Assembly (NCBI GenBank): GCA_039621445.1
Contig: CP154954.1
Coordinates: 30,384,395-30,448,394, forward strand
Length of the DNA stretch: 64,000 nucleotides
Direction of reading: 5' to 3'
Source: Euglena gracilis
Taxonomy: Eukaryota
The position numbers and the translations under genes are program-made. This document shows, piece after piece, positions 60,022 to 64,000 of the stretch. Under the pieces are notes generated by a model, which was not told the DNA's origin, did no database searches, and worked only from the letters and a program-made list of their open reading frames with translations. Numbering within the stretch: position 1 is the stretch's first letter; each line of letters begins with the position of its first letter.

Positions 60022-61801
60022 GGCTGCCCGGTGCATACCGTGCGTGGCCAACCTATCGTCCACTTCGATACCCCCCCCAGTAGGGGTAACACCCAGAAAA
60101 AGTTATTTTTTGGTCTTTGGTGCCAGCTCAGTGAAAAAGCCGCCCTTTTTCAGTGGGAAGATGCTGAAATTGCACCTTCCCACTGAAAACAGGGCATTTT
60201 TTTGTCACGGAGCTGGCATTGTACTGTGAACAGTATTGCCCCAAACTTGTTCCCAGCTGGAATTTTGCCGAGAATTGGTGGAGTTTGATCCCCCCCCAAA
60301 TATAATACCCACATATTACAACTCACCCCTTGGCATTTAAAATCCAGCCTAAAATAGAAAATCAGAGCCTTCTGTATTTGGGAGGATTACAGCACCTGAA
60401 AGCGAAAAACGACCAGAGCATGGCTGTGCTTCAAGGATGGTCGCAATATAAACCCCCCCCCACTTACTAACCCCCCCCCCCACTTACTAACCCCCCCCCA
60501 CTTCCCAACCCCCCCCCCCAACCAAACCGGGACTTATAAACCCCCCCCCCTTCGGGGAAGGAAAACGAAAGCCGCCGGGGCCGATTTTTTTGGCCTCAAA
60601 CCACCCAAAAACTGATTTTTGGCCCTTTTTTTGAGATCGACCATCATCAAAAAGGCCATTTTTGACCAAATTTACCAAAAATTGCCATTTTGGGGGGGTT
60701 TCGGGGTCATTTTTGGGGTTCGGATTTTCACCAACAATTCCGGGACTTATAAACCCCCCCCCACTTACTAACCCCCCCCTTCGGCCGACCAACCAAACCG
60801 GATCCTACTAACCCCGGGGGGTTTATAAGTGGGGGGGGGGGTTAGTTTTTCGTGGTGTGCAACTCACCCATTCAGTATGCCCATTCTCCTTCAAATTCCC
60901 CCTGATATCCCTCCAAGGAGGAATAAAATTGAAAATAATAATGAACACAAATTATAAAAATTGAAATTCTTCGCAATTTCCGATCAGCGGGGGACAATTG
61001 CTGGATGGTAAGGAGGAAAGAAGTTTTGATGGCGGTGGGATTTCCTTGGGAAACCATTGAACGGCTTACATTTGGTTTGAATTTCGAGGCTCCTGAAGAT
61101 TTTTATGTTGGCCGAAAAAATAGAAATCCTCAGTCATGAACGAAGAATGTTTTCGCTTGCAACCCTCTTCTGCTGTACCAAGGGGTACAGCAAGGTGTTT
61201 TGGGTTTTTTTTTTGAATTGTGGTGTCTAAACCTGCTGTCCCCATTAACAATCCCCTTGGACACAACCACCAAATCTGTACCAAAAAAAATCAGTGGGCA
61301 TTGCGTAGGAAAATAGTACAATTCTTATCAAAATGGGTGATAGTTTTTTGAATTAAAGATTTTTTTTAACATTTTCTATGATGGTTTTTGGGCGGTGGAA
61401 TAAGTTTGTGTTAATTATATTAATCACCAGTGCAAAAAAAAACAACAACCAAAAATCCTGAAGATTTTCAGCAAAGAACCCAAATAACTGAGCCCGGATT
61501 TTTATCTGGGGGTCTCATCTAGAGAATGGGATACTGTCGAAAACGTCACCGTATCACGGTGCTGCCAAGTCACTTGCCAGCGCCTTTGTGGAGGGCAAGT
61601 TAAATTTGATTTCGGAAAGTCATTTTGGAATTTGGGATGAAAATGGATGGAAGTGGGCAAAAATTTCCTGTCAAATTTTGAATAGGCCGGAGGGTAGTCG
61701 AGTTTGACTCCCGGAAGGGTGTCTTGGTGGGGCAGGGAGATTTGAAGGAGGAAGATCAAGGAAAGGTTCCAGTTGTTTCCACTGTTTGCTGTCCTCTGCA
61801 G

Positions 61802-61839
61802 GACAACACAAGATGCCATACCGGATTCTTGCACTGCAT
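61802..61839 (+). CDS. FSH1/OVCA2-like serine hydrolase exon (MPYRILALH)
   Basis: CTGCAG acceptor; RILALH|G is the FSH1 N-terminal motif. Confidence 0.75.
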
Positions 61840-62398
61840 GACAGGGAGAAGCAAGAAACACCAATGATCATCGCCCTGTGTTGATTGTGTTTCCTATTTT
61901 CTGTTGTTTTTTATCTTTTTTGGGATTTGTTTAGGGCGTTGATTTTGTTTTTGTAATGGGAAAAAGAAAACACCAATTAATGGGCATGCTGAGCATTTAA
62001 TTGCCACAGGTTACAGAAAAAGGAAATCTAAAAAAAACCGTTCATTGCTTTCTTTTTAATTATTTAATCATGACATAAAAGGCTCCATTTTTTTTTGCAT
62101 GATTGGTCAACTTCTCTCGGGAGGTCTCGGGTTTTTTTAATTGGAATTTCATTTTTTTGTTGGTTTAACACTTTTAAGAGGGCAAAGTTCGCCTCCCCAC
62201 CTTTGCTCAGGACATTGTGTGCTCTTGACACAGCTAATTGCGCATTCATAAAACGGTTTGCTTTCGCCAAACCGGGATTAGATTGCTTTTTTGTGGCAAG
62301 GGCCCCAGTCCTCTGCCTTCGCCGTTGGGTGGTTGCTCTTGACAGATGTGCTTTGTGGAATGAGGTGGGTAATTTTCATCCTTCTTCTCCCTGGCTTT
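61840..62398 (+). other. Non-conventional euglenid intron
   Basis: GA...TT ends. CAGGGAGAAG (61842-61851) is perfectly complementary to CTTCTCCCTG (62384-62393). Removal restores LALH-GKWETGEMF. Confidence 0.8.
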
Positions 62399-62452
62399 GG
62401 CAAGTGGGAAACGGGAGAGATGTTTCAGGATTACCTCTCGGCGATGCGTGAG
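62399..62452 (+). CDS. FSH1-like exon (GKWETGEMFQDYLSAMRE)
   Basis: Completes LHGxxxxGxxF; GT donor, phase 0. Confidence 0.75.
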
Positions 62453-62751
62453 GTGTGTTTGACCGGAAAACCCAAATGAGAATGATCATCAAACAAGCAA
62501 TTGCTTTACAGTAAACATTCGCCTTCCCAAAATGTACTACCCTTGGCCAACACTAACCTTCCTCAAATTGGAATCCTGCCTGGGTTGATTTGGCACCTTT
62601 AAGAAGCCTTTTATTGCAGACAAGTTTTTTAATGTGGTTTTGGTTGTGCATCCTCACGTTGACACAGCGATGTCTTGAATCAGCAAAAATTGCTGACACA
62701 CCACACTCGGACCATTGCAAAAAAGTCCAACTGACATTGATGAGCAAGAGG

Positions 62752-63350
62752 AAAAGAAGAAGAAGAAGAAGAAGGGAAGAGAAGAGAAAGAAGAGAAGGA
62801 GAAGAGAAGAGAAGAGATAGGAGAAGAGAAGAGAAGAGAAGAGAAGAGATTGCCTTCTGGCCTTTCTCTCGTGAAGAAAGTAATATAATTAATACTACTA
62901 ATAATGTTAATATACTATATAATATCATAAATATATCTAATTAATATAATATTATAATTATAATATAATAGTAATATAATCTAATATATAAATATAACAT
63001 ATAATACTAGGAACGTGATATAGATTTCCTAATATCAATACTATATATATATATCTAACTCTATAATCTCAATATTAATGTATATACATATTCTAATAAT
63101 GTTGTATATCTATACTTTAAGTCATAATAATATAATATGTCATTATAAATCCTCTCCTCGCCTCTACTTTCCTCTCCTACCTCTATGTATACTCTCCTCG
63201 CCTCTCCAATAAATTATCCTTAGTAATCCCTCATAGTATAATATAATATAGTATATACCATCCCCTCATACTCTCTAATAATCAGATCACTCTAATATAA
63301 TCATGCTATAATGTAATATAATAGCCTATTTATAATATATGTATAATAGA
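62752..63350. repeat. (AAG)n/(AAGAG)n microsatellite plus AT-rich low-complexity island in intron
   Basis: Sharp composition shift; lies between direct repeats at ~62085-62275 and ~63445-63655. Confidence 0.8.
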
Positions 63351-63721
63351 AGCCCTGTCTGGCCTGAGAGGGCTTTCTTCTTCGACTGGTTCAAACCCCG
63401 CATTCCATTGCACCCCCACTAAATTGACATAGATCTCTTCCCGTCTCCATTTTTTTTTTGCGCATGGTTTGGGCCCACTTCTCTCGGGGGATTTTGGGGA
63501 TTATTTGTGTTATTTTTTATTGGTATTGAATTTATTTTTGTTGGTGTGTAACATTTTAAGGGGGCAAAGGTCACCTCCCCACCATTGCTCAGCACATCGT
63601 GTGCTCTTGGCACAGCTAATTGCACATTCATAAAACGGTTTGCCTTCGCCAAACCACAAACCCACGGCTGTGTTGCTTGTTGCTTGGCCAACCCGCGCTG
63701 ACCCGCCCTCCCCCGGCCCAG

Positions 63722-63910
63722 GCCTTCGGCGCGGGGCGGGCGGTGGAGTGGACGTTCCTGACGGCGCCCCACGCGGTGGGGGACGCGAAGGGCGGCTGCG
63801 AGTGGTGGGCGCTGCCCCCTGGCGTGCGGTCGTTCCAGGCGACGGAGTTCGGGGGCTTCGAGGAGTCCGCCCGGATGGTGGAGGAGGCGTGGCAGCACCA
63901 GGGCCCAGAC
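63722..63910 (+). CDS. FSH1-like exon (EWTFLTAPH...WW...GFEES...QGP); gene continues beyond window
   Basis: CAG acceptor with GCTGAC branch-like site; motifs typical of the FSH1/OVCA2 family; strong G/C at third codon positions. Confidence 0.82.
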
Positions 63911-64000
63911 GTCCGTGAAAGCCCCCCTTCCCCAATCAACGTGTGCCACCCCAGCGGAGCATCCTCGACAAACGCGTGTCCGCGAGCATGATTGCCCACC

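Noticed and set aside
62880-63350. Second AT island as another structured array
   Set aside because: Low complexity, with only a short CTCTCCTCGCCTC duplication and no periodic unit.

Overview
Nuclear DNA of a euglenid, probably photosynthetic. The evidence is an exact 25-nt Euglena-type spliced-leader (SL) exon at 37777-37801 (-), non-conventional stem-closed introns, and a two-TMD plastid-type presequence. About 50 kb is a nest of transposons arranged as two giant inverted duplications. IR1 pairs 1-14534 with 18601-32636; IR2 pairs ~38048-42268 with ~43583-49615. Each spacer holds CRE/SLACS-like non-LTR retrotransposon sequence (RT plus CCHC and PD-(D/E)xK endonuclease). At least five CRE-like lineages are present. 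Several encode viral-type 2A/StopGo motifs upstream of the RT, and two structured 3' tails are shared between copies. One 3' fragment is inserted with a 13-bp TSD overlapping the 5' end of the SL sequence. Many non-autonomous DNA transposons (8-bp, 9-bp and TA TSDs) and an intron-containing pogo transposase pseudogene are nested in. The most anomalous segment is a 1.5-kb AT-rich island (10978-12490), found in only one IR1 arm at the tip of a palindrome. It is an AT-rich leader followed by 12 units of ~107 bp, each a ~32-bp inverted pair around a variable ~21-nt spacer. The last 13 kb holds two spliced host genes missed by the ORF track: mitoribosomal uL29m/MRPL47 and an FSH1/OVCA2-like serine hydrolase. 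All calls are by eye; no database searches were run.
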